DNA of 64,000 nt from Verrucomicrobiia bacterium (GCA_023953615.1 JAMLJH010000001.1:9362-73361), one strand, 5' to 3'. Shown: positions 44,357 through 54,113, counted from the stretch's first letter. Notes: generated from the letters alone by a model not told the origin. Numbers and translations: made by a program.

Positions 44357-47212
44357 ATGATGAAAGCAACCAGATATCGTAGTGTTCAACTCGCTCCGCA
44401 TTCGCCGCCGCACGGCGCGCGCGGAGCGTTGGTCCGGACCGGCGCCCTCGTTTTGAGTGCGGCGGTGTCACTGTTCGCAACTTCGGCGCGCGCGATGTTG
44501 TCCGACTATCAGAACGCCGTGATGAGTGAGTCCAGCCTCATCTCGTATTACACCTTTGATGGATCGGATCTTTCAGATAGTAAATTGCTCCATTGGGGTG
44601 AAGAAAAAGGGACTCCCGCCGTCGCTTACGTTCCCGGTGTGGATGGTGAAGGCATGTCCCTCAGTTTAGGCGGGCAGAATTGGATCAACTTTAACGTCGT
44701 CCCGGATTTTGCGTTCACGGATGGCGACGGCTCAATCGAGGCTTGGTTCCGGGCCGGCGAGAGAAATTACAATTCACTCCTCTTCGCCAACCGCGACGGA
44801 TCCACCCGTTACAGCGTCAATCTGGACGCCAATAAAAAAGGCATCGGGATGTGGAATGGCAGTGCGTATGTTCCCACGGTGCCGATTCCCGATGCGGGCA
44901 ACGCCTGGCATCACTTGGTGGTCGTATTCGAGGGTGGCGACTTCAAGGTCTATTTGGACGGCGTTTATGCCGGTTCCGTAAACCGCCCGTTGGGAAGTCC
45001 GTTAGATCGCCCCACCCAACTCGGCTCCACGTCTCCGTTTGCGGTGGACGAAGGTTGGATTGGCGAACTGGATGAAGTCGCCTTCTACGCCGATCCCCTG
45101 CCGCTGGCGACCGTCGCGGCGCATTACCAGGCGTTCCTTGTGGGTAAATCACCGGTGATCGTCAAGTCGCCCAACGGCGGCACGTTTCTACCCGGAGTGA
45201 CGCTTAATCTCAAAGTCCAAGCCACCGGACCAGATCTCACCTATCAATGGTTCAAAGGCGACGACCTTCTAGCCGGTGAAACGGCAGCCGTTCTCTCCCT
45301 GCCGAATTTAAGTGCGGCCGAGGTTGGCAACTATTCGGTCAAGGTGTCCAATGCCGCTGGGGAGGTAACCAGTGACACCGCTTCCGTGGCTTTGGAAACT
45401 GAACTGCCCGCGGCGCTGGTGTCCTATCAAACGGCGGTTTCAAACGAAACCAGTTTGATTTCGTATTACACCTTCGACCATTTGCAGCCGCTGGATGATT
45501 TCGGTTCGCATGACGGCACCCTGTCGGGTTCTGCCGGTTGGGGCACGGGATTGGGTGGCGGCCCGGCGCAGGCTCTGGCCTTGGACGGCAAAGGACATGT
45601 CCGCCTCGGCGCGGTGCCGGATTTTGATTTCATTTCGGAAAGCGGAACCGTCGAGGGCTGGGTTCGAGCGGATTGGAGCGCATCTGATGCCGTCGCCGAT
45701 TATCCATGCATGTTTGCCAATCGCAACGGCGGCACTCGCTGGAGTTTGCACATGAGCAAGAACAAGTCCACCCTGACCTTCTACAACGGGAGTGGCAGTG
45801 CGCTTTACACCATTCCGGGCGGTGCCGGCACCGTCTGGCATCACGTCGCAGCCGTGATTGACGCCGGGTATACTACCTATTATTGGGACGGCGCATTGCT
45901 CGCCACGATAGCGCGCCCCTTGGGCGGCGCCAGCGTCACTGTGCAGTTGGGTTCGTCCGCAGACAATACGACGGCGGAAGGCTGGTTTGGCCAGCTGGAT
46001 GAAGTGGCGTTTTACTCAGAGGCCCTGCCCGCCGCCGCAATCGAAGCGCATTACAACGCCTATGCCGGCACCTTCCCTCCGGAGATTACCGCGCAACCCA
46101 AAGGAGGATACTATTTAGCCAATCAGCCGTGGCAAATTTCGGTCGGCACGACCGGAGTGCAGTTGAGCTACCAGTGGTATCGCGACGGGGTGGCGATCCC
46201 GGGAGCAACGAGCGTCAGTTTTGGCTCGGGAGCGGCCAGTCCCACTCTTTCGGGTCATTACCATGTGGAAGTGTCCAACGCCAATGGCACGGTCACCAGC
46301 GATGACGTGGAAGTTCACATCGGTAATGACATTGCCAATTATCAGAGTGTCGTTCAGAGCGAAAGCAGTCTCATTTCGTACTACACCTTTGACAACGAAG
46401 ACGCGGAGGACGCGCAGTCTCTCTATCCCGGCACCATCGTGGGCGCCACTGAAACCAGCGTGACCTTCGGTTCGGGTGCGGGTGGAGTGCCCAACAAATC
46501 AGTTGTATTGGACGGCACGGGACACATTCGCCTCGGTGAAGTGGATGCGTTCAATTTTTACAGCGGTAGCGGGACCGTCGAAGCCTGGGTGCGCGCCAAC
46601 TGGGTTAATCCAGCCAGCTACGATCCCACCATTTTTGCGGATCGCTTGGGGGACAGCGTTTGGAGCATTCACATGGAGCGATGGAAGAACTTCATCGGCA
46701 ACTGGAACGGTGAACGTTTTTATCAACAACCCGTTTTCGGCGCCGAGCAATGGCATCATTACGTCGTTGTCTTTGAAGGCGGCCTCACCAAGATGTACTG
46801 GGACGGCAAACCGATCGGCACCGCGATCCAAGCCCTGAACAATTACCTCGGACGCACGACGCAAATCGGCTCCAGCGCCCCCGACGTCACGGCTGAGGGT
46901 TGGATGGGCGCTCTTGACGAGGTGGCGTTCTACTCCGAGGCGCTGGATGATACCGCCATCTGGAATCACTACGTGGCGATGACCGGCTCGGCGCTGCCGT
47001 TGCCGCCCGCGTTGACCATCACCTTCAGCGGCAACCAGGTCACCGTGGCCTGGCCCGCCGAAGCAACGGACTTCGAATTGGTAACGGCGGACACTTTGCC
47101 GACCAACGCTTGGACGGTGGTTCCCGGAGTGGTGGGTAACAGTGTAACCCTTGACGCCACGGGGACCAGCCAATTCTTCCGCCTCCGGAAAATTGAAATA
47201 GGCGTGCAATAA
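44357..47212 (+). CDS. secreted protein with three LamG/concanavalin-like lectin modules alternating with Ig-like domains
   Basis: It has a signal peptide. A threefold ~300-aa repeat opens each time with YQ.AV..ESSLISYYTFD and contains WHH.., GxLDEVAFY. Confidence 0.8.
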   Translation: MMKATRYRSVQLAPHSPPHGARGALVRTGALVLSAAVSLFATSARAMLSDYQNAVMSESSLISYYTFDGSDLSDSKLLHWGEEKGTPAVAYVPGVDGEGMSLSLGGQNWINFNVVPDFAFTDGDGSIEAWFRAGERNYNSLLFANRDGSTRYSVNLDANKKGIGMWNGSAYVPTVPIPDAGNAWHHLVVVFEGGDFKVYLDGVYAGSVNRPLGSPLDRPTQLGSTSPFAVDEGWIGELDEVAFYADPLPLATVAAHYQAFLVGKSPVIVKSPNGGTFLPGVTLNLKVQATGPDLTYQWFKGDDLLAGETAAVLSLPNLSAAEVGNYSVKVSNAAGEVTSDTASVALETELPAALVSYQTAVSNETSLISYYTFDHLQPLDDFGSHDGTLSGSAGWGTGLGGGPAQALALDGKGHVRLGAVPDFDFISESGTVEGWVRADWSASDAVADYPCMFANRNGGTRWSLHMSKNKSTLTFYNGSGSALYTIPGGAGTVWHHVAAVIDAGYTTYYWDGALLATIARPLGGASVTVQLGSSADNTTAEGWFGQLDEVAFYSEALPAAAIEAHYNAYAGTFPPEITAQPKGGYYLANQPWQISVGTTGVQLSYQWYRDGVAIPGATSVSFGSGAASPTLSGHYHVEVSNANGTVTSDDVEVHIGNDIANYQSVVQSESSLISYYTFDNEDAEDAQSLYPGTIVGATETSVTFGSGAGGVPNKSVVLDGTGHIRLGEVDAFNFYSGSGTVEAWVRANWVNPASYDPTIFADRLGDSVWSIHMERWKNFIGNWNGERFYQQPVFGAEQWHHYVVVFEGGLTKMYWDGKPIGTAIQALNNYLGRTTQIGSSAPDVTAEGWMGALDEVAFYSEALDDTAIWNHYVAMTGSALPLPPALTITFSGNQVTVAWPAEATDFELVTADTLPTNAWTVVPGVVGNSVTLDATGTSQFFRLRKIEIGVQ

Positions 47213-47235
47213 CAAAACACGCAATTAACGCGCTG

Positions 47236-47265
47236 GCATCCGGAAGTCGGAACACTTCCGGATGC
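47236..47265 (+). terminator. 12-bp perfect hairpin downstream of the LamG gene (no clear U-tract)
   Basis: GCATCCGGAAGT-CGGAAC-ACTTCCGGATGC. Confidence 0.4.
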
Positions 47266-47478
47266 CTCGCTCCCCGTTCCAGGCCGGCGCCAATGGCACT
47301 GGATTCAGTCGTCGCATCAGTCGCCGGGCTTCCGGCGAATTCCTGTCCTTCCGTGCTGCTTTTCCCCGATCTGGTTCTCTGGTCGGAAATTCGCCCGGAT
47401 TCATTCCTTCGGTTTGGGTGCGACAAGGTTCAAATCAGGGGACTGGACGACAGCAGACTTTTTTCCTAAAGTCCGTTT

Positions 47479-47757
47479 GTGCCAAATCCAGCCAAGAGCA
47501 CTTCATCCGCCACCGCAACCAAAACGACGATGCCGTTTGAGGAGGCATTAGAGAAATTGGAGGCCGTCGTGGAAGCGATGGAGTCCGGGGAGTTGCCATT
47601 GGAGAAATTGATCGCGCGCTATGAAGAGGGCGTTAAGTTTGCGAAAATTTGTCAGGAAAAGCTGGCGGAGGCGGAGGTGAAGATTCAACAATTGGAACAA
47701 ACCGCCACCGGCGAGTTGAAGTTGAAGCCGTTGACGGCTGATTTGGTCGAAGAATGA
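47479..47757 (+). CDS. xseB: exodeoxyribonuclease VII small subunit
   Basis: FEEALEKLEAVVEAMESGELPLEKLIARYEEGVKFAKICQEKLAEAE. It may start at GTG 47479 or the internal ATG. Confidence 0.85.
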   Translation: MPNPAKSTSSATATKTTMPFEEALEKLEAVVEAMESGELPLEKLIARYEEGVKFAKICQEKLAEAEVKIQQLEQTATGELKLKPLTADLVEE

Positions 47758-47758
47758 C

Positions 47759-49747
47759 ATGAGCAGATATCTGGATATGGTGGATGGGCCGGCCCACTTG
47801 AAAAAACTCTCGCCGCCACAGTTGGAAGTCATCGCGTCGGAAATCCGTCAGGAACTGATCACCAGTCTGGCCAAAGCCGGCGGCCATTTAGGCCCTAATT
47901 TGGGAGTGGTGGAGTTGACGCTGGCACTGCATTACGTCTTCGATTCGCCTACCGACAAATTTGTCTGGGACGTGAGTCATCAAGTTTACGTCCATAAAAT
48001 TCTCACGGGGCGCAAGGACCGCTTTCATACCATCCGCCAAACCGACGGCTTGAACGGCTTCGCACTGCGTACTGAAAGCGAGCATGATTGCTACGGCGCG
48101 GGGCATGCCGGGACGGCGTTGTCCGCGGCGCTGGGTATCGCCTCCGGGCGGGATCGGCGCGGGACGGAAGAGAATGTGGTGTGTATCTTCGGGGATGCCG
48201 CCCTGACGAACGGTATTTCCTACGAGGCGCTGAACAACATTTCGCAAACCACAAAGAAGTTCATCGGCATTCTGAACGATAATGAGTGGAGCATTGCGGA
48301 AAATGTGGGGGCGATTAACAATTACCTCAACAAGCTGATCCGCAACCCGTCCTACAACAAACTGGCGCGCGACTTTCAGAATTTTCTGCGCAAACTGCCG
48401 AAGGGAGATCTGGCGGCGAAACTGGCGCGCAAAGCCGAAGAAGGATTCAAGGGCGCGCTCTCCGAGGTCAGCCTGCGTCGCAATGCGCCAATTGTGGATG
48501 CGGAAGGTCGCGGCGGTTACGGCAGCGCCATTTTGTTCGAGGAACTGGGCTTGCGCTATCTTGGTCCGATTGACGGGCACGATCTGCCGCTGCTGATCAA
48601 GACGCTGGAATTTGCCAAGTCCTGCGATCACCCCATCGTCATTCACATTCTGACCCGCAAAGGCAAGGGTTTTGAGGCCGCACTCAAAGCGCCGGAAAAA
48701 TTCCACGGCTTGGGACCGTTTGATGTAAAAACGGGAGAAACCCTGCCAGCCAGCCCCGGCGCCGCCCCCAACTACCAGGACGTGTTCGGCCAGGCGTTGG
48801 TCAAGTTATGTCGAAAAAACAACACGTTGGTCGGCATCACGGCAGCCATGCCCAGCGGTACCGGGCTGAAGCATTTGGAAAAAGCCATGCCGGAACGTTA
48901 CGTGGACGTGGGCATTGCCGAAGAACACGGAGTCATCTTCGCTGCCGGATTGGCAACCATGGGCTTCCATCCGGTGGTGGCAATCTATTCGAGCTTCCTG
49001 CAACGCGCGTATGACTGCATCCATCACGATGTGTGCCTGCAGGATCTGCCGGTGATTTTCTGCATGGATCGCGCGGGGTTATCCGCGAATGACGGCCCGA
49101 CCCATCATGGCTTGTTCGATATCGCGTATCTCCGCTGCCTGCCAAACGTCATTGCGATGGCGCCAAAAGACGAGGACGAACTGCAGGACATGCTGTTTAC
49201 GGCGACCCATCAAAATCATCCCACTTTCATCCGTTACCCTCGCGGAGCTGGCGAGGGCGTGCCGATCAAGGAGCAGCCGAAGTTGCTGGAAGTTGGCAAG
49301 GCGGAGGTAATCAGCACGTTCGCCAATTCCGGCAAACGCAAGGTGGCTCTCTTCGGTCTGGGTAGCATGTGTCATGTGGCGCGGGAAGCGGCGGCGGAAC
49401 TGCGCGCGAGCGATTTCGACGTGGCGGTCGTCAACCCCCGCTTCACCAAACCGCTTGACGCGGGAACGCATGAATTTTTTGGACGGGGAGCGGACCTGCT
49501 CGTCACGCTTGAAGACCATGTGCTGATGGGTGGTTACGGTGCGGCGGTGTTGGAATGTTTCAGCGATCGCAGCCTGACGACGCCGGTGATTCGGGTCGGT
49601 TGGCCGGACCAATTCATCGAACACGCTTCGACACAGAATGAACTGCGCGCCAAATACGGCCTCACCGCCGCCAGCGTGGTTGCGCGAGTGAAGGCGCATT
49701 TCACCGATGCGGCGGTGGCACAGCGCAAATTTGCTGAAGTTGCCTGA
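47759..49747 (+). CDS. dxs: 1-deoxy-D-xylulose-5-phosphate synthase
   Basis: GGHLGPNLGVVELTLALHYVFDSPTDKFVWDVSHQVYVHKILTGR and DGPTHHG. Length is 662 aa. Confidence 0.92.
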   Translation: MSRYLDMVDGPAHLKKLSPPQLEVIASEIRQELITSLAKAGGHLGPNLGVVELTLALHYVFDSPTDKFVWDVSHQVYVHKILTGRKDRFHTIRQTDGLNGFALRTESEHDCYGAGHAGTALSAALGIASGRDRRGTEENVVCIFGDAALTNGISYEALNNISQTTKKFIGILNDNEWSIAENVGAINNYLNKLIRNPSYNKLARDFQNFLRKLPKGDLAAKLARKAEEGFKGALSEVSLRRNAPIVDAEGRGGYGSAILFEELGLRYLGPIDGHDLPLLIKTLEFAKSCDHPIVIHILTRKGKGFEAALKAPEKFHGLGPFDVKTGETLPASPGAAPNYQDVFGQALVKLCRKNNTLVGITAAMPSGTGLKHLEKAMPERYVDVGIAEEHGVIFAAGLATMGFHPVVAIYSSFLQRAYDCIHHDVCLQDLPVIFCMDRAGLSANDGPTHHGLFDIAYLRCLPNVIAMAPKDEDELQDMLFTATHQNHPTFIRYPRGAGEGVPIKEQPKLLEVGKAEVISTFANSGKRKVALFGLGSMCHVAREAAAELRASDFDVAVVNPRFTKPLDAGTHEFFGRGADLLVTLEDHVLMGGYGAAVLECFSDRSLTTPVIRVGWPDQFIEHASTQNELRAKYGLTAASVVARVKAHFTDAAVAQRKFAEVA

Positions 49748-49797
49748 ACGCCAATTGCGGTGAAGGTAAAACCGCACCCCCAACCCCAACTTGAACG

Positions 49798-51066
49798 ATG
49801 AGAAAGCCCTCTTTGCTCATCGTCTGGCTGACGGTTTTCATAGATCTGATCGGGTTCGGCATCGTAGTGCCGCTGACGCCGATTTTTGCGGAACGATTTC
49901 GCGCCAGCAGTCTTACCATCAGCATCATCCTCGCGAGCTTTTCGGCCCTGCAATTTGTTTTTGCACCGATCTGGGGGCGTTTATCCGATCGCAAAGGGCG
50001 TCGCCCCATCATGCTGATCAGCACGGCGGGCGCCATGTTCTCGTACGTCATTTTCGCGATCGGGTTGGAATTGCCGAACGCTGACGCGACGCTTGTCATT
50101 CTGATCCTCTCGCGCTCGCTGGCCGGAGCGTTCGGCGGAAACATCACCGTGGCGCAGGCTTACATTGCCGACATTACACCGCCTGAAAAGCGGGCGCAGC
50201 GCATGGGTTTGATCGGAATGGCGTTCGGACTCGGGTTTATTTTTGGGCCGGCCATTGGCGGTTTCTGTTTGAAGCACGGCGGTGTTGCCGCCCCCGGCTG
50301 GGCGGCGGCAGCCATTTGCGCCGGCAACCTGGCGCTGGCCTTCGGGTTGTTGCCGGAAAGTCGCCGGGCGGATTCTGGTCACGCGCCGCAGCGCCCACAT
50401 TTCGCCCAATGGAAACACACGCTGATGACTCCCGGCGTCGGCCTGTTGGTGATGGTATTTTTTCTTTCGACGCTTTGTTTCAGTGCGTTCGAAGTGACGC
50501 TGGCATTGTTGGTGTGCGATAATTTCAAAATTGATATTCATGACGACGCGGCAACGGCGGCCGTGGCGACCTACCTTTTCGTGTACTGCGGATTGATCAG
50601 CGCTTTGGTTCAGGGCGGTATGATCAAGGGCATCGTCCGGAGGCTCGGCGAGCCTAAAGTAATCGCTTTGAGCTTGGTTCTAACCGCAATCAGTTTGATG
50701 TTCCTGCCGTTCATCCATGGAGATGGCACGCTTTCGTGGTCGGTGCTGACGCAGCGGGCGGGCGGTCCCTGGTGGACGCTGCTGGGTGCTTTGGCACTAT
50801 TGGCCGTGGGCACGAGCCTCACGCGCCCGCCGTTATTCGGTCTGCTTTCCAATCTTACCGCCGCAAACGAACAAGGGGCGAACATTGGCGTCAATCAAAG
50901 CGCCGGAAGCCTTGCCCGCATCATCGGACAATTCGGCGCTCCGCTTATCCTGCTGGACGTTTCGCCTTACGTCCTGTTTCTGGGCAGCGGTTTGATGCTT
51001 TTGGTGGTGACTGGCATCGTGCTCCAGCGCTTGGTTCCTGCCGGCCAAAAACCTTCCGCCACCTGA
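49798..51066 (+). CDS. MFS transporter (TetA/drug-H+ antiporter-like)
   Basis: 12 TM segments with the MFS signature WGRLSDRKGRRP. Confidence 0.8.
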   Translation: MRKPSLLIVWLTVFIDLIGFGIVVPLTPIFAERFRASSLTISIILASFSALQFVFAPIWGRLSDRKGRRPIMLISTAGAMFSYVIFAIGLELPNADATLVILILSRSLAGAFGGNITVAQAYIADITPPEKRAQRMGLIGMAFGLGFIFGPAIGGFCLKHGGVAAPGWAAAAICAGNLALAFGLLPESRRADSGHAPQRPHFAQWKHTLMTPGVGLLVMVFFLSTLCFSAFEVTLALLVCDNFKIDIHDDAATAAVATYLFVYCGLISALVQGGMIKGIVRRLGEPKVIALSLVLTAISLMFLPFIHGDGTLSWSVLTQRAGGPWWTLLGALALLAVGTSLTRPPLFGLLSNLTAANEQGANIGVNQSAGSLARIIGQFGAPLILLDVSPYVLFLGSGLMLLVVTGIVLQRLVPAGQKPSAT

Positions 51067-51350
51067 CGGTTCTGGCAACCACTTTGCTCGAAGAGTAATC
51101 AAGGCCCGATCAAAAGACCGGCGGCTGAACTCAAATTCTGCCGCCACCCACCGGCACCACTGGCGCGGGGAATTTCATCGGTAAAATTAATCCTGAAAAA
51201 AGTAAAAACTTTTGAATGACAAGCTGCCGAACTGGTCTTATGGTCAGACTGTCAGAGGTGTTATGAAGTTTAACAACACTCAACTGGAAACGCACAAGGA
51301 GCGTTTTTGGAATCGGTCATCCTCAACAATAAACATCATTGTCCAAGCTT

Positions 51351-51515
51351 ATGACCAAAGCCACGATTGAAGCCATCAGTGACGCCATTCGCGATCCCAA
51401 CCATCCCTTCCGCAAGACGGACTATCAACCCAAGAAGGCGATGAAGAATCGTTACGAACGGCGAAAGATCAAAGCCTATCTGCATCTGACCGACTGGGAA
51501 GCTGAGCCGGTGTAA
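51351..51515 (+). CDS. hypothetical 54-aa basic protein
   Basis: ORF below the track cutoff (MTKATIEAISDAIRDPNHPFRKTDYQPKKAMKNRYERRKIKAYLHLTDWEAEPV). A strong hairpin terminator follows. Confidence 0.35.
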   Translation: MTKATIEAISDAIRDPNHPFRKTDYQPKKAMKNRYERRKIKAYLHLTDWEAEPV

Positions 51516-51544
51516 TCTCCGAGCTTTCATGGAAAGTCTTGTTA

Positions 51545-51578
51545 CCGCCGCACCTGTAGGTGCGGCGGCTCTATTTTT
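51545..51578 (+). terminator. rho-independent terminator between convergent genes
   Basis: CCGCCGCACC-TGTA-GGTGCGGCGG followed by CTCTATTTTT. Confidence 0.6.
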
Positions 51579-52026
51579 GGCAGGTCGGGCAAACGCCAAA
51601 GAACTCCAACCGATGGGTGACTGCTTTGAAATGGCTCTGTGCAATCAGCCGCTTTTCTAAATCCGCGACGATACACTCCTCAAGTTCAACGATGCGATTA
51701 CACTCGGTGCAAACCAAATGATGCAGGTGGGCGTCCGGGCGGTCGTTCAACCAGGCGAAGCGAGTGGTGCCGTTTTCAAAGTGAAACCGTTTCACCAATC
51801 CGATCTGTTCCAGGACTTTGACCGAGCGATAAACCGTCGCCAAGTCACAGTGATCCGCAGGGAGCGCCTGAAAAATTTCCTTATGCGTCAGGGAACCCGA
51901 AGCGCGCTGCAACACTCGTAAGATCGCCCGGCGGGGCGCAGTGATTTTACGCGCCTCCCGGCGTAGCCGCAGCGAGAGCCGGTGCTCGGCGGTGGCGCCC
52001 GCCGTGGTCGCGACAACAGCCTTCAT
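51571..52026 (-). CDS. Fur-family metalloregulator, probably Zur (context)
   Basis: RRAILRVL...LTHKEIF, ATVYRSVKVLEQIGLV, and HHLVCTECNRIVE...GVCPTCQ (CxxC pairs). It lies 3 nt downstream of a ZIP transporter gene. Confidence 0.8.
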   Translation of the reverse strand: MKAVVATTAGATAEHRLSLRLRREARKITAPRRAILRVLQRASGSLTHKEIFQALPADHCDLATVYRSVKVLEQIGLVKRFHFENGTTRFAWLNDRPDAHLHHLVCTECNRIVELEECIVADLEKRLIAQSHFKAVTHRLEFFGVCPTCQK

Positions 52027-52029
52027 GCG

Positions 52030-52809
52030 TCAATGCACAAACACACAGGCAATTCCCGCTGCCGAACCGATGATGATCGCGCCCAGCTTGGCCAGGTTGA
52101 AGCGATGTAAATCGCTCGATTCAAACAAAATCGTGGTGGAGATGTGCATGAAAATGCCGATGACAACCGCCATCATTTCCTTGCCATAGGCCGCCAGGGT
52201 CGTGTGGCTGCTGATGAACATGCCCAGCGGCGCCATGGCCGCAAACAACACCAGAATTCCGATGGCCTTTCCGCGCGGCATTCCGGATTGCAATAACATG
52301 CCCAAGAGAGCGATGGAGACGGGATAGTTATGGACGATGATGCTCGTCAACAAAAGCCGTCGCGTGTGCGGGTCCAGCCCCTGTCCCACCCCGGCGTGTC
52401 CTTTTCCCAACGCCAAAGCTTCCACCAAAGCGTGTAAACAAAGCCCCATCACGATGCCGACGGGCATGCGCTTGGCCACGACATGAGAATGACCATGCTC
52501 AACCCCCATGGAAATGACATCCAGCGCCACCTGGATGAAGAATCCCAATAACATCAGAAAACCGATCAACAAGACTCCGGACGACACCGCGTTCTCGTGG
52601 GCCGGATGATCGTGGTAAAGCTCCGGCAACAGGTGCAGAAACGTCAGGCTGAGCAGGAAGGCTCCGGTAAAGGCGTTCAGGAGACGAATGTGTCGCGCTT
52701 CGTAGAGTCGGAAGCCGAACACCGTGAGCGCCCCCAGCGCGATACTCGAGAGCAACAGCAGATACTCCATAAACGGACTTGGAAAGCGTTTGACCGGGAA
52801 CGCCGTCAC
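52030..52809 (-). CDS. ZIP family metal (zinc) transporter, ZupT-like
   Basis: 8 TM segments with His-rich motifs (GVEHGHSHV, HNYPVS, HALVEALALG). Confidence 0.8.
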   Translation of the reverse strand: MTAFPVKRFPSPFMEYLLLLSSIALGALTVFGFRLYEARHIRLLNAFTGAFLLSLTFLHLLPELYHDHPAHENAVSSGVLLIGFLMLLGFFIQVALDVISMGVEHGHSHVVAKRMPVGIVMGLCLHALVEALALGKGHAGVGQGLDPHTRRLLLTSIIVHNYPVSIALLGMLLQSGMPRGKAIGILVLFAAMAPLGMFISSHTTLAAYGKEMMAVVIGIFMHISTTILFESSDLHRFNLAKLGAIIIGSAAGIACVFVH

Positions 52810-52816
52810 CTGGCGC

Positions 52817-52838
52817 TAATTGCAAAAGTTTGCAATTA
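52817..52838. promoter_or_regulatory. perfect 10-2-10 palindrome, candidate Zur/Fur operator upstream of the ZIP-fur operon
   Basis: TAATTGCAAA-AG-TTTGCAATTA lies 8 nt upstream of the ZIP start codon. Confidence 0.5.
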
Positions 52839-52844
52839 GACAGG

Positions 52845-52876
52845 CAAAAAATCCCGTTGGTCGAAAAACCAACGGG
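52845..52876 (-). terminator. rho-independent terminator of the dksA-like/rpmG/rpsR operon
   Basis: On the minus strand, CCCGTTGG-TTTTTCGA-CCAACGGG is followed by ATTTTTTG. It sits just after the rpsR stop. Confidence 0.7.
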
Positions 52877-52884
52877 AGACGAAG

Positions 52885-53142
52885 TTATTTAACCAACAAC
52901 ATCTGCCGGGCGCGTTTGATGGCGCGGCTCAACCGGCGTTGGTAGTGCGCGGGCAGGCCGGTGTATTTACGCGGCAGAATGCGCCCCTGGTCCGTCACGA
53001 ATTGACGCAGCAGATTGGTGTTCTTGAAATCCAGAGCGTCCACCGTGAAATCAATTTTCGGCTTCGGCCGGGGCGTGCGTCTTTCGGTGCTGTTACGACG
53101 TCCGTGTTTGTCCGATTTATCGGTATTGGTCTTGCGTGGCAT
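52885..53142 (-). CDS. rpsR: 30S ribosomal protein S18
   Basis: DFKNTNLLRQFVTDQGRILPRKYTGLPAHYQRRLSRAIKRARQMLL. Confidence 0.9.
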   Translation of the reverse strand: MPRKTNTDKSDKHGRRNSTERRTPRPKPKIDFTVDALDFKNTNLLRQFVTDQGRILPRKYTGLPAHYQRRLSRAIKRARQMLLVK

Positions 53143-53145
53143 GGC

Positions 53146-53313
53146 TTACTTGATCTCCTTGTGCAACGTGTGGCGGCGGAGAGCCGGGTTGTATTTTTTC
53201 AATTCCAACTTCTCCGTCTGTAGTTTTTTATTGCGAGTGGTCGTATAACGAGAGGGGGATTTCCCCTCCTTCCGAGCCTCGGTGCATTCGATGGTGATTA
53301 TTTCACGCGGCAT
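53146..53313 (-). CDS. rpmG: 50S ribosomal protein L33 (Cys-poor, C- type)
   Basis: 55-aa ORF missing from the track: [55 protein letters not shown]. Only one Cys occupies the four zinc-ribbon positions. Confidence 0.85.
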   Translation of the reverse strand: MPREIITIECTEARKEGKSPSRYTTTRNKKLQTEKLELKKYNPALRRHTLHKEIK

Positions 53314-53321
53314 AAAATTTT

Positions 53322-53915
53322 CTATTCTTCTTTTTCTTTGGCCGGCTTTTCATCCGGCGCGTCATCGTTGTCGTCTTCCAACTCGGCGGTGGCCGCGGCA
53401 TCCACGGTGCCCAACTGGCCAAGCCGGCGTTGGCGCAAAGCGCCTTCACGTTCCAATTGCGCCTGCGCCTGCACGGTGAAACGCGCCCACGGAATGGCTT
53501 CAAGCCGTGCCTTGGGAATCGCCTTCCCGGTCAATTCACACACACCATAAGTGTTTCGCTCGATCCGTTTCAAGGCTTCTTCAATCTCGTAAAGCGCGTC
53601 TTGATCGGCAGACAACAAACTAAGCGCGAAATCGCGGTCAAAATTGTCCGTTCCGGAATCGGCCATGTGCAGGCCGTATCCCGCGATTTCCTCGGCGGAT
53701 TCTTTCGCCAATCCCGACATTTGCCGGACCAATTGGGCGCGCAACTCTTGCAGGTGGAGATAATACTTTTGCCACTCGGGCTTCACGCGTTTGGGCTTAA
53801 GCTCATTGGCGCCCGATTTCCCGCCCACGGGGCGACCGAGGATCGCTGCTGCCGAGGCTGGCGCATGTGAGGTCACTCGTCCCGTTTTCTTGGTTGCTTT
53901 CTTCTTTGCAGTCAC
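53322..53915 (-). CDS. DksA/TraR-family protein lacking the 4-Cys zinc finger
   Basis: [49 protein letters not shown]. Canonical DksA has CxxC...CxxC here, and only one Cys is retained. Confidence 0.7.
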   Translation of the reverse strand: MTAKKKATKKTGRVTSHAPASAAAILGRPVGGKSGANELKPKRVKPEWQKYYLHLQELRAQLVRQMSGLAKESAEEIAGYGLHMADSGTDNFDRDFALSLLSADQDALYEIEEALKRIERNTYGVCELTGKAIPKARLEAIPWARFTVQAQAQLEREGALRQRRLGQLGTVDAAATAELEDDNDDAPDEKPAKEKEE

Positions 53916-54113
53916 GCGTCTATTTTTCGATAATTCTAGCCTGATTTTTCACTCCTCGGAGCCCATTGTTTCCTACGAGGGGCGCGACTCTATCAGATGA
54001 ACGAAAATAATCCATAAAAAAGTTCGGTAAAAACGCTTCGGAATTGACGACCGATTTTCAAAGTAACGCCTGGTCGCTCTTGACTTGACCCCAGCTTTCC
54101 TCAACATCGTTTC

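Noticed and set aside
53916-54113. A second Zur-box upstream of the dksA-like/rpmG/rpsR operon
   Set aside because: No sequence resembling TAATTGCAAA-N2-TTTGCAATTA was seen in this intergenic region, so Zur control of that operon is left as a hypothesis only.
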